DNA from: Chiloscyllium plagiosum
Lineage: Eukaryota
Length of the DNA: 64,000 bases
Reading direction: 5' to 3'
NCBI RefSeq assembly: GCF_004010195.1
Contig: NC_057719.1
Span: 58,836,089-58,900,088, forward strand
Part shown: positions 11,944 through 24,682 of the stretch, piece by piece
Position numbering within the stretch: the stretch's first letter is position 1
Layout: each line of letters starts with the position of its first letter
Position numbers and translations under genes: made by a program
The notes under the pieces: model-generated
The model's input: the letters and a program-made list of their open reading frames with translations, nothing else
The model's database searches: none
Told to the model about the DNA's origin: nothing

Positions 11944-13429
11944 ATCAGATACGTGGACGGCACTTTCATTATCATTAAGAGAACAGAAATCGAGAACACA
12001 CACTGGATTATCAACATACTCACAGGGATCAGATTTACGAGGGAGGAGGAAACCAACAACCAACTCCCATTCCCGGATATGGTGGTAGAAAGAACACGGA
12101 ATGGTGAATGCACCACAAAAATGTACAGGAAAGCCACACACACTGACCAGGTCCTGAATTACAACAGCAAACACCCAAACACACATAAGAGGAGATGCAT
12201 TAGGATCCTGTTCAAAAGGGCTACAACACACTGCAGCACTACTTAAGTAACAAAGGGAGGAAGAAGAACACCTCTACAGAGTACAGAGGAACCTCGATTA
12301 TCCGAATATCAAATATCCGAATATCAGATTATCTGAAGGAGATCTCGAGGTCCTGATAGAAACATTACATGTGTTTCCAACACTGATCACGTCTTTAGTT
12401 TGCAGTGATTAAATAGGCACCGCTTCCAAATGACTGACCTCCTGCCTCTCTCTCTCCCCACACTTTCCGTGGAGTTCTACACAGGGTTGTACCCTAAACC
12501 CCCCCTTCCCCAGATAATCAAAAAGTTGCAGTAAAAAGTTGTGTGTGTGTGTGTGTGTGCGCTATTTGGAGACTTACCCCACAAAGGCAGCAGCAGCAGT
12601 CTTGTTGTTGGACAGGGAAGGGGGGCAGCAGGGGAGGGGGGGGGGGGGGGGGGGGATGTTGGGGTTGGGGGCTCACGTGTGGTGTGCAGCTGCCTCGTCT
12701 CCTGAATGGGGAGCAGACAACTTCATCGCAGATGCCTAGCAGACAAACAATGCATTGAGAACATGCCATGACCTAACTCACAAGCAACGCTTCCTGACAT
12801 TAAAAAATGTTTTGGAACTCACAGCCAGATGTCTCTGACCACTGGGATTCATGACAGCCCGTAAACCAACAACCACACACAGACAACTCACCAGAACAAA
12901 AGGCTCTATACCCATCATGTGCAAGACAAATGTAATTTACAAGATTCCATGCAGAGACTGCACAAAACCCTATATAGTCAAACAGGCAGACAATTAACAA
13001 TCCACATCCATGAACACCAACTAGCCACTAAACGCGACGATCAGCTCTCTCTTGTAGGCACACACACAGACGAGAAGGACCACAAATTCAACTGGGACAA
13101 TGCAATGAATGTAGGACAAGCCAAACAGAGGACAGCTAGAGAATTTCCAGTAGCATGGCGTTCATCCACGCACTCCATCAACAGAGATCGAGACCCAATA
13201 TACTGGCCACTGCAACAAACAACTGGAACCAGCAACTGGAAGTAGCAGGAATGGGACCAAATAAATTCCAGAAGACACAGTACAGCAGCACTTCACAGGA
13301 GGCTGGAAAGCACAGAAGATGTCACCTAGACAGGGGACGAATTATCTTCAAATCAACTTCCCAGTTCGGTGAACATACCCATAACTGTGACAACCAGCAC
13401 CCAAGCTACAAATCTTTACGCAAACCTTG
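11944..13429 (+). mobile_element. 5'-truncated Penelope-like element (RT C-terminus + GIY-YIG + 3' pLTR)
   Basis: IRYVDGTFIII, QLPFPD, YRKATHTDQVLN.NS.HP, YSQTGRQLTIHIHEH motifs; eroded hammerhead at ~13314-13350; 12 bp TSD aattttagggga at 11932-11943 and 13430-13441. Confidence 0.88.
12284..12718. mobile_element. Tigger/TcMar-like DNA transposon left end nested in the PLE, with (TG)n and a long G-run
   Basis: TA followed by CAGAGGAACCTCGATTATCCGAA and repeated ATTATCCGAA-like subterminal motifs; right TIR not found. Confidence 0.55.
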
Positions 13430-14456
13430 AATTTTAGGGGATTGGGGAAATCTACGTTTCCTGGTTCTAATTGAGGCCCTGAAGTGACCAATTCATTACA
13501 ATTTACAGACCATTTCATCCCATCTTCAAATTTCAGACTGGCAAGAAGAGTTCAGTCCAGGGGAAAATGGCATTGCTCATGCCTAAGGTGGGATTTGGAC
13601 TGAGGGAAGGTGCTTCCATCAGTAACCTCTTTTCAATATTAATGAGGTCTTATGAAGTCTGCCTGCAGACTGCCCCCTCCTCTGCCTCTTTACCAATACC
13701 TCCATCCCTGCCCCCTGTGCAGCCCTCTGAAACTCACCCATCACCACAATAAGATCTCCTTACTTAACTGGCCCTGAAACTCCAGGAGTTCCAGACTATA
13801 GGACTGTTTGCAGATGCATTCCTGTCCACTGTAGTTGCTGGATATCATCCTGATTGAGGGTGGGATGTCCCACGCCAACCAGGGAATGGCCAATATTGCC
13901 ACCAACTCTTCCAGTGCTGGAATGGGAAACCTTGCCATTCTAAATATCCTGGTCATGAATTATTTGGCATTAGTTTTTATGTTTTAAAGTTTCTGGTATT
14001 AATCTTTCAAACTTTAACCATTGACTTTAACTTATTAACTGAAGGCAGGACACCAGATGCTTTAGTTTCAGATAAGGAAATTAATATTAATGGCAAAATG
14101 TTGAGCAGTTAATGATATAAACAACTCAAGAGTTGTGCAAGTTGCTAATCTTTCCTTAGCAGTATTTTTCAAGCTGGGTATGTGTGAACAAGAGTAACTG
14201 TTAATTCATTGAATTTTAAAATTTAGATAGTAAAGGACACAAATCATGTATTAACACATGGCATTTTTCTTAGCAGAAAAGTTATATTTTATATTTTGTT
14301 TGGACATTGCAGCCTGATTACATTTTGAAATTGTTAAAATATTAATACAATTCATTTGCATTTGTAATTACTTTAAATATATAATTTTTTTGGTTCATTC
14401 TTGACAGAACAAATTTCAGCTATTATTATATTTCATATGTTTTACCTTATTTCTAG

Positions 14457-14599
14457 GTCACTGTTTCTGATATAATTCATGTAAAAGGAACTTCATTTGG
14501 ATTAACAAAGAGAATTTCAGATGACCAGAAAATCATACTTGAGGATGAAGAGCCTGACCAACAAGCCTCTGTGGTAGCCACACGGATCCCAATGAATAA
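14457..14599 (+). CDS. TTC6: TTC6-like exon C (VTVSDIIHVKG...TRIPMN)
   Basis: Pyrimidine tract + ttctag| acceptor; AA|gtacaa donor is weak, but phase 2 matches exon D exactly (AA+A=Lys); 143 nt. Confidence 0.72.
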
Positions 14600-16309
14600 G
14601 TACAATGCAATTATTATGTGTGTTACATTTCAGAGAGGTTCTCACATGGAAATCTCTGCAAATAGTTTATGAATCTTACTACATGTAATTATAATACTAG
14701 GCGACAGTCTGAAAAGCTTTTAGCTTTGTACTTCAGTTCCTTGTAGATAGAAATGAGGAAATTCACCACAATTACTTATAATTCTGCTGTCATCATAACT
14801 TACAGACTTCAACTCTAGCTACCTCAGCTACGGGTTTAAATTGCTATAATTACTCATTCAGGCACTATTTAGGCTCCAATTGGTCTGGTGCCAGCTACTT
14901 ATGTGGTTTATGTGAAACTCACCTAATTTTACTCCTCTGTGTCAATAGTGCTTTTAGAACAAGTATCAAGCTGCAATGGCCACACCTTGCTCATTTTCTC
15001 TCCAATCTTTATTGAGGTTTAAACAAAATTTAATTATTAGCTTTTGTAACAACTGAGGCCTCTGAAAGGAGTGTAGCACAAGGAAGACAGCCTTTACATG
15101 GAACTACAGATAGCATTCATAAACAGATAGCATTCTCAAATAACTGAGCAGTAAATACTCAAAAATGGTTTACTGTCAATTTATTTTTTACTGTTTGGAA
15201 AAAGGACATCACTATGAAGACTGGTATTTATTGGCTATTCCTAGAGTGCCCTTGGAAAAGAATTATTGAGTCTATTTGCTGCATTCCTTTAAAGGCACTT
15301 CCAGAATATGATAATAGAAGGAGTTCCCAGATTTTGACTTATGGTGATATCATATAATCACCCAATATTGCACAATATTTTACTCAAATTTGTCCTTAAT
15401 ATTAGGAGTGAGAGAAATCTTGAGAGAATTTGGAATAGGCTGATGGGAAAGAATGCTTCTGAGCTTAGAAAATGACAACTAAGCCACCCACAGAATGTTA
15501 CTTTAACAGATTTAGATTTTGTTACAAAACAAAGTTTTATGTGGTATGTGTTATATGGTAGCCAATGTTCATGCTATAGTTTGAGGAGTGGCTTTGATAA
15601 ATGGTTATCATGCAATTTTCATGTGGAATTGAACTGCTTTTCCGAGAATTGTTAAATAATAGCCAAACAGACCACATACAAAACAATGTTAGTGGGTGAT
15701 GAAGTGTACAAAATAGTAAGATTGGCTAGCCTAAATTCTCTCTTAAGTTGATTACCAAATTCTAGGAAATTTATATCATAAAAGCACAATTAGAATGCAA
15801 CATATTATTTCTTTTTAGAAATAAGTTCAAAAAAGTTATGGTATCTTGTACTTCACAGATAGAACTGCCCTAATGTTGGTCAGCAATTACTTGTTTGTTC
15901 ACATGCTGATTGGTGACCATATAAACAATTCTTGCAGAACAGAGTTTCAAAATGAATATTTGCTACTTCTGGAAATGCAATGGTCATGTGTACAGAAGTC
16001 AGTATTAGCAAAGCACCAGCCTCACTACATCACCATAGCAGTACTTCAGCAATGCACTCAATAGTGCACCTTACATTGCAATGCCACTGTCAGCCCACTT
16101 AGCATGTAGGGCCAGACACCCATCTCTTGCATTGAAATGGGGTGCTTCTCAAGGCTCTTAGCTTGCTTTCTTAGTACTCACACATTTGTGCTTAGTTGAA
16201 CACACAGTATCTTTGCCTGACTTTGCCATTTAGTGCAGTCGCCAAGCCAAGTATTTTTTCATATTTAGTAAAAATGGACAGTCAAGGGAGCAGACATGTT
16301 ACTACATAG

Positions 16310-16501
16310 AAGACAGTGAGGTCTGAAGATGCTGGAGATCAGAGTGTGTTGCTGGAAAATCACAGTAGGTCAAGCATCAGCCGGAGCAGGGAAATCGATG
16401 TTTTGGGCCAGAGCTGCAGGAATTCCTGATGAAGGGCTCCGGCCCGAAACATCGACTTTCCTGCTTCTCAAATACTGTGCTTTTCCAGCAACACACTTTC
16501 A
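16310..16501. mobile_element. PLE-derived hairpin element with hammerhead core
   Basis: 16 bp TSD acatgttactacatag (16294-16309, 16502-16517); CTGATGA-A-GGGC-TCCG-GCCC-GAAA-CATC at 16426-16453. Confidence 0.88.
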
Positions 16502-17084
16502 ACATGTTACTACATAGCATCATTCTATGACAGTGTCACACCACAGCAAGAATTAGCAGCTTATTTGGCAAACACATTGCATATGCTTCAACCAAATGGC
16601 CATATCTAATGGGAGTTAGTCCTTTGTTCAGTCAATAGGGAAATGGTTAGTCAGGGTGCCACCACAGTCGGTCAAGGCCATTCTTTGATTTCAGCGCATG
16701 AGTTTCATCTGGTCATTTACATGCTTGGTACGATCAGGGTACAGGGTTCTGTGTCCATCTAGTCCTGGAATTGAGCAACAGTTAATCCTGCAGGTTGAGT
16801 GAAACCATCCTGGGGATTACTGGCAACTCAGTCAGAAAGCTGCAAAGAAATAAGTCAAGGGACTGGTTCATCCTCAGTCAGGAAACTTTATGAGGTATCC
16901 CAAGTGAGAGAGTAGGAAGCATAGTGGACAGAAAACGTTAGTAGTCAGATAATGACATGAGTGAAAGCTATTCATGGAAAATGTTGCATACTATAGTGAG
17001 AGTGGAAGGCCATGAGCCTTGGTGGGATGCAGTAGCAGCGTTAGAATGAGCGTGAGATAGTGGAGAGGAGATGGTGGCATTTAC

Positions 17085-17230
17085 CATTGAGAAGCAGAAA
17101 GGGTCATTAAACTTCTTGCAACATTACTGTGCAATTCTCTGGATTGTGAACACTGCACTAACACAAGTGGCAACTTCAGACCGACTGGTAACCTCTGATG
17201 CCATGATCTCCTGTTGTAGTACTGTGGAAA
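17085..17230 (-). mobile_element. Harbinger/PIF Myb/SANT-like ORF remnant
   Basis: Minus-strand translation SEVATCVSAVFTIQRIAQ*CCKKFND resembles the WxEVAxxVSA...QCRKKFNDL pattern. Confidence 0.55.
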
Positions 17231-17231
17231 G

Positions 17232-17567
17232 AGGATAGATGTGTTGTCCCAGTCGAAAAAAAACCCACCATTTTGACTGGGACAACACATCTATCCTGGG
17301 ACAGGCTAAGCCAAGACATGCCAGAGAATTCCTAGAGGCCTGGCACTCCAACCACAACGCCATAAACAAGCACATAGATCTAGATGCCATCTATCAACCC
17401 CTCAGAAAATGATCAGGAAATGACATCACCACAAACCCCAGGAACCCCATCCAGGAGAAAGATATAAATAGAAAGCAGGAGACAACAGCTTCACTTCACT
17501 TGGAGGTCGCCACTGATGATGTTACCTAGCCAGGTAATGAAACGTCTGGATATCAAACCTACAGCTC
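17232..17567 (+). mobile_element. Short Penelope-like 3' fragment with a 5' inversion and an intact minimal hammerhead
   Basis: FDWDNTSILGQAK..HAREFLEAWHS, homologous to 13080-13200; 23 bp inverted repeat at its 5' end. Confidence 0.85.
17510..17549 (+). ncRNA. Minimal type I hammerhead ribozyme motif (PLE type)
   Basis: CCA-CTGATGA-T-GTTACCT-AGCC-AGGTAAT-GAAA-CGTC-TGG: core, 7 bp stem II, ACGT palindromic stem III, 3 bp stem I. Activity untested. Confidence 0.7.
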
Positions 17568-17939
17568 TTTAATTATGGGATTTGTGACACCAGAAAGGAC
17601 TTCCATCTCTGCTGAGCACAAGATTGTATGATAGGAACATCGAGGAGGATCCATAATTAATGAAGCCACCAGTGAACAAATGTATGAGAAAAGCTGCCTG
17701 GTCTGACAGAGGGAAACTCTCCATGAAACTCTGTGAAAGTGACATGATCAAAATGTGGGAAGGTTAAGCCCAAAGAATCTACTGCTCTCTGCATTTTGTA
17801 TTCCCATCTTCCTATATTTCATTATCAGAATGCCTTGAGGTAAGTGGACCCAGAGAGCAAAAGTACATGAGTGTCAGCTTCTGCTTTTGCGCATTAGTTT
17901 TGATGTTCTCTCAGCCTGTTTGTGTAAGAGAAGGGGCTG

Positions 17940-20100
17940 CAGGGAGCATGTTGTGGGTACAGGAAGCCATTCAAGTGGGATGATGGACAAGGAATGTAGT
18001 ACTAGGTAAGAGTGCAGTGATCTGATCTCCAGCATCTGCAGTCCTCACTTTCTACTAAGTAGTGAGGTGGATTGATGCCATTCTTTGAAGTAAAGAATGA
18101 GAGTTCAGATGGCTGTATTGCCTTGTTAGTGTCACAGTGTGGCGTATCTGCTCAGGACTGTAAAGGAATTTGGAGCAGGAGGGGGAGGATCCAATGATTG
18201 TGGTCAATGTAGGTGGAACTGGGAAGGAGTTTCAGCATAGAGTGTATGAGAAGCTAGATAAAAAATTCAAAAGCAGATCTTCGAAGATTTTAGTCTCTGG
18301 ATCATTAACTAACCCGCATGCAAATTAGAATTCAGTACATAAAGTTAGAGAGATGAATATGTGGCTCAAAGAATGTTGTGGGTGAAGTAGATTCCAGTTT
18401 GTGGGTCATTGGAACCAGCAATGAATAAATGACCATTGTACTATTGGAATGGTCTGCACTTGAACTGGGCTGGAGTCTGTGTTTTTGTGAACTGTGTAAT
18501 TAGGGAAGTAAAGAAAAGGTTAAACTAGGTAGTGAGGGTAAGGGATCAGTTGTGTAAAGATGTGTTTTATTAAAGGGCAGAGACACGGTAAGAGAGGAAA
18601 ATAGTAATCTGGGAAATCAGGGTCAGAGAATTGAAGGAAGGGACAGAGAGAAAAATGAAACATGGGAATGCACTAACTATCAAGATTAGCTGCTAAAAAG
18701 ATAACAACAACTAAAGACTGTATCTGAATGAATGTAGCATTCACAACAATGCGACACGGTGGCACAGTGGTTAGCACTGTTGCCTCACAGCGCCAGGGAC
18801 CCGGGTTCACTTCCCGCCTCAGGCGACTGACTGTGTGGAGTTTGCACGTTCTCCCCGTGTCTGCGTGGGTTTCCTCCGGGTGCTCCGGTTTCCTCCCACA
18901 GTCCAAAGATGTGCAGGTAAGGTGAATTGGCCATGCTAAAATTGCCCGTAGTGTTGGGTAAGGGGTAAATGTAGGGGTATGGGTGGGTTTCGCTTCGGCG
19001 GGTCGGTGTGGACTTGTTGGGCCGAAGGGCCTGTTTCCACACTGTAATCTAATCTAATCTAATCTAATCTAAAACAATGTAAAAAAAAATTGATATTGCA
19101 CATCAAAGTAAATAAATACAATTTGATAGCCATTAGAGAAACATGGCTTCATGATGACAAGGATTGGATCCTAAATATTGAATAGTATGTGGCATTCAAG
19201 GATGTTAGGCAAAGGTGAAGGAAAAGCATTGTCAATCAAGGAAGACATTTATTGCAAAGGTTTGTAATAATCTTGGTTCAGGAGATCATGATGTAGAATC
19301 AGTCTGGGTGAAGATGAGGAATGATAGAGGAGAAAAGTCATTAGTGGGAGTAGTCTACATTTCCGCCTTGAACAGGAACCACAGTATGAGACAAAATACA
19401 CAGGTCTTCTGGTGCATGAGTTACAAAAAGTTTTCAGGTACTGAATGGAATCAAAATGGCTAATGGAATGCTTTTCTTTATTATGAAAGAAATGGAACAT
19501 AAAATTAAGGATGTTAACCTTCAGTTTTACAAGGTATTCATGAGACCACATCTTAATAATATGTGCAGTTTTTGTCTCTTTAAGGAAAAATGTAAATACA
19601 TTGGAGGCAATTGGAGGAGATTAACTATATATCTGGAATAAGTGGGTTTTTTCATGAAGATGGGTCGGACTGATTAGGTTTGTTTCCACTGGATTTAGAA
19701 GACTGGGGAATGATATGATTGAAGTGTACAATAGTCTTGAAAAAAAAAGGGTGGATGTGGAAAGGATGTTTCCATTTATGAATGAATCCAGAACTAGAAG
19801 GGGGCACTATTTTAATATTGAACATCACTCTCTTGGATAGAAATAGGAGATTTTTTTTCCGTGAGAGGGTGGTGCGACTTTGGAACTCTCTGACCCAGGA
19901 GATGGGGGAATATGGGATCATTTTTAAGAAAGGGTGGATAGATTCTTGTTACGCAAGGGAATCAAAGGTTATTGGAGGCAGATGGGAATGTGGAATTCAA
20001 AACACAAACAGATCTGCCATGATTTTATTGAATGGTGAAGCCGACTTGATGGCCTGAATGGATTATATCCACTTCTATTGTATTTTTGTATGATTTTATG
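17940..20100 (+). mobile_element. Degenerate, internally deleted CR1 LINE (ORF1 esterase, ORF2 endonuclease start, 3' end)
   Basis: Eroded IVVNVG, LYLN...YNLIAIRETWL, VESVWVKMRN and FFRERVVRLWNSL motifs. Confidence 0.75.
18752..19072 (+). mobile_element. HE1-type V-SINE, full length
   Basis: tRNA-like head (GGTGGCACAGTGGTTAGC...GGGTTCAC), V-domain GTGGAGTTTGCACGTTCTCCCCGTGTCTGCGTGGGTTTCCTCCGGGTGCTCCGGTTTCCTCCCACA, (TCTAA)n tail, TSD aacaatg (18745-18751, 19073-19079). Confidence 0.93.
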
Positions 20101-20579
20101 TGCAACCTATTTGTAGACTAGTGTCTTTTCTCTGGAATTCCATTGCAGATTTACTTTAGTATGGTTATGACTAGAGGCAGTGACAATAGGAATTGAGATA
20201 ACCAGCAGGGAAAAATAAGTTGAAGGAGCAAAAGGGAGCAAATGACAAAATTAAGAAGTCAGTCATATAGTATCTACCTCAACCTTACCTCTTGCCTTCT
20301 TGCTTAGCTCCTTTTTGGTGCCCATCTCTCCTCTTACCTCAGTTTTATTATATATCTGCCTATAAAAGACTTTTGGTTTCCCCATTATGCTAATTGTGGT
20401 CTCCCCTCATTTTCTCTCTCTCTTTGCTGTCTTTGGGCTCATTTCCTTTAGGGAGCCTGCCCCCATCAACCAGTGAAAATTTTACCTGCTGCCTCTATTT
20501 ATGAAGCCCAGGATTCTATCTTCTTTACCTGCCCTACCAACTTTAATGAATTGTGCACACTTACTCATATTTTCTCTGA

Positions 20580-21545
20580 TCCTTTATTTACAATTTACAT
20601 AGATGATTTAGAGTTAAGGACCAAGTCTAATGTGTCAAAGTTTTCAGATGACATTAAAATGAATGGTAGAGGACACTGAAAGTCTGCAGAGAGATAAAGC
20701 TAGGTTAAGTGAATGGCAAAGATCTGGCAGATGAAGTACAATGTTGGTAAATATGCGGTCATCCATTGTTAGGAAGAACAGCAAAATGGGCTACAATATT
20801 AAATTTTGAAAAGTTGCAGCCTGCTGCTGTACAGAGGGACCTGGGTGTCTTTGTGCATGAGTTACAAAAAGTTGGTTGGCAGATGTAGCATGTATTTAAG
20901 AAACCACATGGAATATTGTTCTTCATTGCCAGGGGGATGGAGTTTAAAAGTAAGGAGGTTATGCTGCAGCTGGTGAGGCCACATCTGGAGTACTTTGTAC
21001 TTTTAGGTATTCTTACTTGAGAAAGGATGTACCGGCAGTGGAGTGGATGCAGAGGAGATTCACGCGGTTGATTCCTGAATTGAGAGGTTTGGATAATGAG
21101 GAGAGATTGAGCAGCTGGACCATATTCATTGGGAATTAGACGAATGGGGTGGGAGTGGGGGTGATCTTATGGGAGCATATAAAATTATGAAGGGAATAGA
21201 TAGAATCTGGGAGGTTGTTTTCACTGGTGGGTGAAACTAAAACTAGGGGGCATAGCTTCAAATAAGTGGGAGCAGATTTAGGACTGAGTTGAGGAAGAGC
21301 TTCTTCACTCAAGAGGTTTTGAATCTGTGAAATTTCCTGGCCAGTGAAGCAGTTGAGGCAACCTTGTTCATTGCTTTTAAGGCAAAGATAGACAGATTTT
21401 TAAACATTAAAGGAATTAAGGGTTATGCTAAGCGGGCAGGTAAGTAGAGCTGAGTCCATGAAAAGATCAGCCATGATATTATTTAATGATAGAGCAGGCT
21501 GAATGGGCCATACGGCCTACTCCTGCTCCTAGTTGTTATGTTCTT
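20580..21545 (+). mobile_element. CR1 LINE 3' fragment
   Basis: LFTIYIDDL, SKFSDD, LVRPHLEY, FFTQEVLNL motifs and CR1 3'UTR. Confidence 0.85.
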
Positions 21546-21973
21546 TGAAAATTGTACCTTTTGGTTTATATCACCTTACTGATCTTCCTTTCAGAATGTA
21601 TCACTTTCCACTTCACTGCATTAAATTTCATCGACATTGTCTGTCCATTCCACATGTCTATGCCTAGCTGCCTATTGTTTTCCTCCTCGCAGTTAACTAT
21701 ATTTCAAGGTTTCGTGTCATTTGCAAATTGTGAACTTGTGCCCTATTCACTAAAGTCCAAGTAAAATGGTGGTGCCTTTCCAGTAGTAGACCAGGTGGAT
21801 ACCAGAGGATAGGCTCCATTCAATGTGGAAGACTCTGCTGAAAAACCCAGCCACAAATGCAGCAGTGGCTATTACTGTGGGGCTCTTCATGTCTGATTGC
21901 TTCTGACCCTCCACCTTACCTTATTTGTTCCACATGTAAGGTATTGTGAATGGAGGTTATTTCTGCTTCTATG

Positions 21974-22189
21974 GAGAAAGTGAGGACTGTAGATGCTGGA
22001 GATCAGAGCTGAAAATGTGTTGCTGGAAAAGCGCAGCAGGTCAGGCAGCATCCAAGGAACAGGAGAATCGACGTTTCGGGCATAAGCCCGAAGGGTTTCC
22101 TGAAGAAGGGCTTATGCCCGAAACGTCGATTCTCCTGTTCCTTGGATGCTGCCTGACCTGCTGCGCTTTTCCAGCAACACATTTTCAGC
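21974..22189. mobile_element. PLE-derived hairpin element with perfect 83 bp arms
   Basis: Arms 22007-22089 and 22108-22190 are exact reverse complements; 16 bp TSD tatttctgcttctatg (21958-21973, 22190-22205); unpaired 33 nt extension 21974-22006. Confidence 0.93.
22100..22127 (+). ncRNA. Minimal hammerhead ribozyme core
   Basis: CTGAAGA-A-GGGC-TTAT-GCCC-GAAA-CGTC; stem I is weak and the motif is largely buried in the hairpin. Confidence 0.6.
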
Positions 22190-23238
22190 TATTTCTGCTT
22201 CTATGTGTACTTTTCAGCACCAACTCTGACAACTGGTTGTAGATTTTTGACCACCTTTTGGCCTTTTGAAGGCAGCAATTTAACTGAATGCATCTTGTAA
22301 ATCAGATCTCACGGGCAGCATTTGAAGGATCCTGTCCCGCGTTTTATCCTGTCAGTGAGAACGGGTGCCAGAAATAGAAATCCTGAACAGAGAGTAGTAA
22401 AGCAAGGAAGCAATGATGAACCTTTATTGAACACTGTTTCAGCTTCTGTTGTGTATTGTGTCTGAAGTTGAGCATTGCGTTTTTCAAAGGATGTGAAGGC
22501 ATTAACAAAATGTAGATAATTCCATGGATGAGAAACTTCAGTTATGTGGATATATTGAAGATGGTGGGATTGTTGTTTTTCTTAGAGAAAGCAAGTTTGA
22601 AAAGTATGTTTACAAGTCTGTCTCATGTAGTGACCTAATTCTTCCAAGTGAACCACACAGAGTGCTCAGTGTTAGGGATATCAAAGAGCAGGAAGGAAAT
22701 TTTGTGCTGCATCAACTAAAAGAAATACCAGGGGCAAAGCTTTAGACATCCTGTGTACATTTTTACACTGATGTCTAATACTCTATTCCTTAGTGCATAC
22801 ATGTGTATGCAGAACAAACTATTACTTAACAAATCAGAATAGTTGCTGAATACATTTTCACACATCTAGATTAGCAACTGAGGGGCTTTTTTTGCTGTAT
22901 AGTTAAAGAGATTTTTTTTTCTGAATTGTTGTAAACTGATGGATGTTTAAAAATGAATGGTTTTCTTCAACTTTTCACACTAAGATATTTTGTTGTTTCA
23001 TTTAAAAAAGGATAAATTTCATTTGATATCAATCTTTGTTACAACTGTTTCAGATGTGCCTTATTTTCAGAACACACATGGCTTTTTAAAAGTGTATTTC
23101 TGTACAAATTTGTGTTTTCTTTTCCAAAGTTATGAGCGATTAGTTTTCTAAGTTTCTGCACAATTCATGGAATGATGATTTTTGTCAAATGTACTCCCAA
23201 GAATTAATTTCTCATACTACTTTGATTGTTTATTGCAG

Positions 23239-23445
23239 ACATCGAGGGCAACAGAATATCCACCACCTTTGCATTGCTGAGCTGAGTCATGTATTACCCA
23301 TTGATTTGCAACTGGCTTCAAAGTTGTATTATACTCCAAACAGAAGAGGACATGGCTGTAGTAAACTTCCGGAATCAATTCAGCTAGAGGAATCATACAT
23401 GTATAAAGATGAAGATTTTTCTTCTGAACAACAGAAGATAGCAAG
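23239..23445 (+). CDS. TTC6: TTC6-like exon D (HRGQQNIHHLC...QQKIA)
   Basis: tattgcag| acceptor, AG|gtaaca donor; 207 nt, phase 2/2. Confidence 0.8.
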
Positions 23446-24522
23446 GTAACAGCGATCAATGTAAGCTTTCATGACTGATGTCTTGAAAATCCATTTATCG
23501 TGTACAAGAGACCAATCAGAGTATGAATGTTTACTCCCCACCTACTTGGATGAGTGCAGCTCAATAATACTAAAGAAGCTTGATATCCTCCAGGATAAAG
23601 CAGTAACCTTGATTAGCACCACATCTACAAAAATTCCATTCTCTCCATCACCGATACTCAAAAGCAAGTGTGTGTGCTACCTGCATTTGCATTGCAGAAA
23701 TTCACCAAAAGCTCATTGGACAGCAAATCCATATCCATTTCCAATACAAATGATTGTACAGTATGGAGCGCTATGATTTCTATGTTGCATAGACCATGGG
23801 GAAATTATCATTGAAATGCAAATGGTCAATATTGAACAATGGAAACTTAAGAAAATTGTCTAAAATGTTTGGCCAATTACCTTTTTGAGTTCTGTTTAAA
23901 GTTGACAATTTTTTTTTTGCCACTGATTTATTAATTTCCTTCAAAAGTTGGAAAGCATAAGACAGAGAACTGAGGATATCAAATTTTACATGGCATGTTC
24001 AAGGGTCATAATGAGTGATCTTGTTGTATTATTTTAAAAGAAATTTGTTTGAGATTGCAGTGTTAATAATTCAGACAGAGAAATTCATCAAATTTGTGAG
24101 CACCTCTGGAGAGAGAAACATAGTTAACATTGAATCTGAAACTCTGAGTTTGGAAAAAGTCACATTGGACTCAAAATATTACCTCTGTTTCTTACTTCAC
24201 ATTTAGTGTCAGATCTGCTGAGTTTCTCCAGAATATTATGCTTCTTTTTCAGGTCTCCAACATATCCAATGTTTTGCATATATTTTAGCTTTATTAGGTC
24301 TAACTTTCAAAGTTAATAAAGTTTATTCTGAATATATAATGTGCATTTACTTATTAATTAAATTATGTAACAACAATACCATGATAAAAGAAAAATATAT
24401 TTTCCCACTTGCACATAATAAACGCATTATTTGTTTGCTCTGCAGTGCTCCATGTCTTCACACTGTTGTTTCTTTATCAAATTAAAATTGTAAAGTTACA
24501 ATTAACGTTTTTCTAATTCCAG

Positions 24523-24682
24523 AATTATCTATGAAGGAATTCCTGCATCAGAAGCAAGTCAGGAAAAAGTGCAGGATGGTGTCAGAATTTTACCACCACT
24601 TTCACCTGAATTTTTGAGGGAATGGCAAAGAATTGCAGAATATTATGTGGAGAGACCCAGAATTATGTTATTGGGAGAGTCA
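24523..24682 (+). CDS. TTC6: TTC6-like exon E (IIYEGIP...EWQRIAEYYVERPRIMLLGES)
   Basis: ttccag| acceptor, |gtaagt donor; 160 nt, phase 2/0; not in the ORF track. Confidence 0.85.

Noticed and set aside
12518..12769. Poly-Pro / poly-Gly ORFs
   Set aside because: Products of the G-run and (TG)n inside a transposon fragment.
18752..18825. tRNA gene
   Set aside because: tRNA-derived head of an HE1 SINE (same at 46350); it continues into V-domain and tail.
21974..22189. CRISPR repeat, terminator or classical MITE
   Set aside because: Dispersed eukaryotic repeat with no spacers; asymmetric ends and long variable TSDs fit PLE retrotransposition. miRNA status cannot be claimed without small-RNA data.
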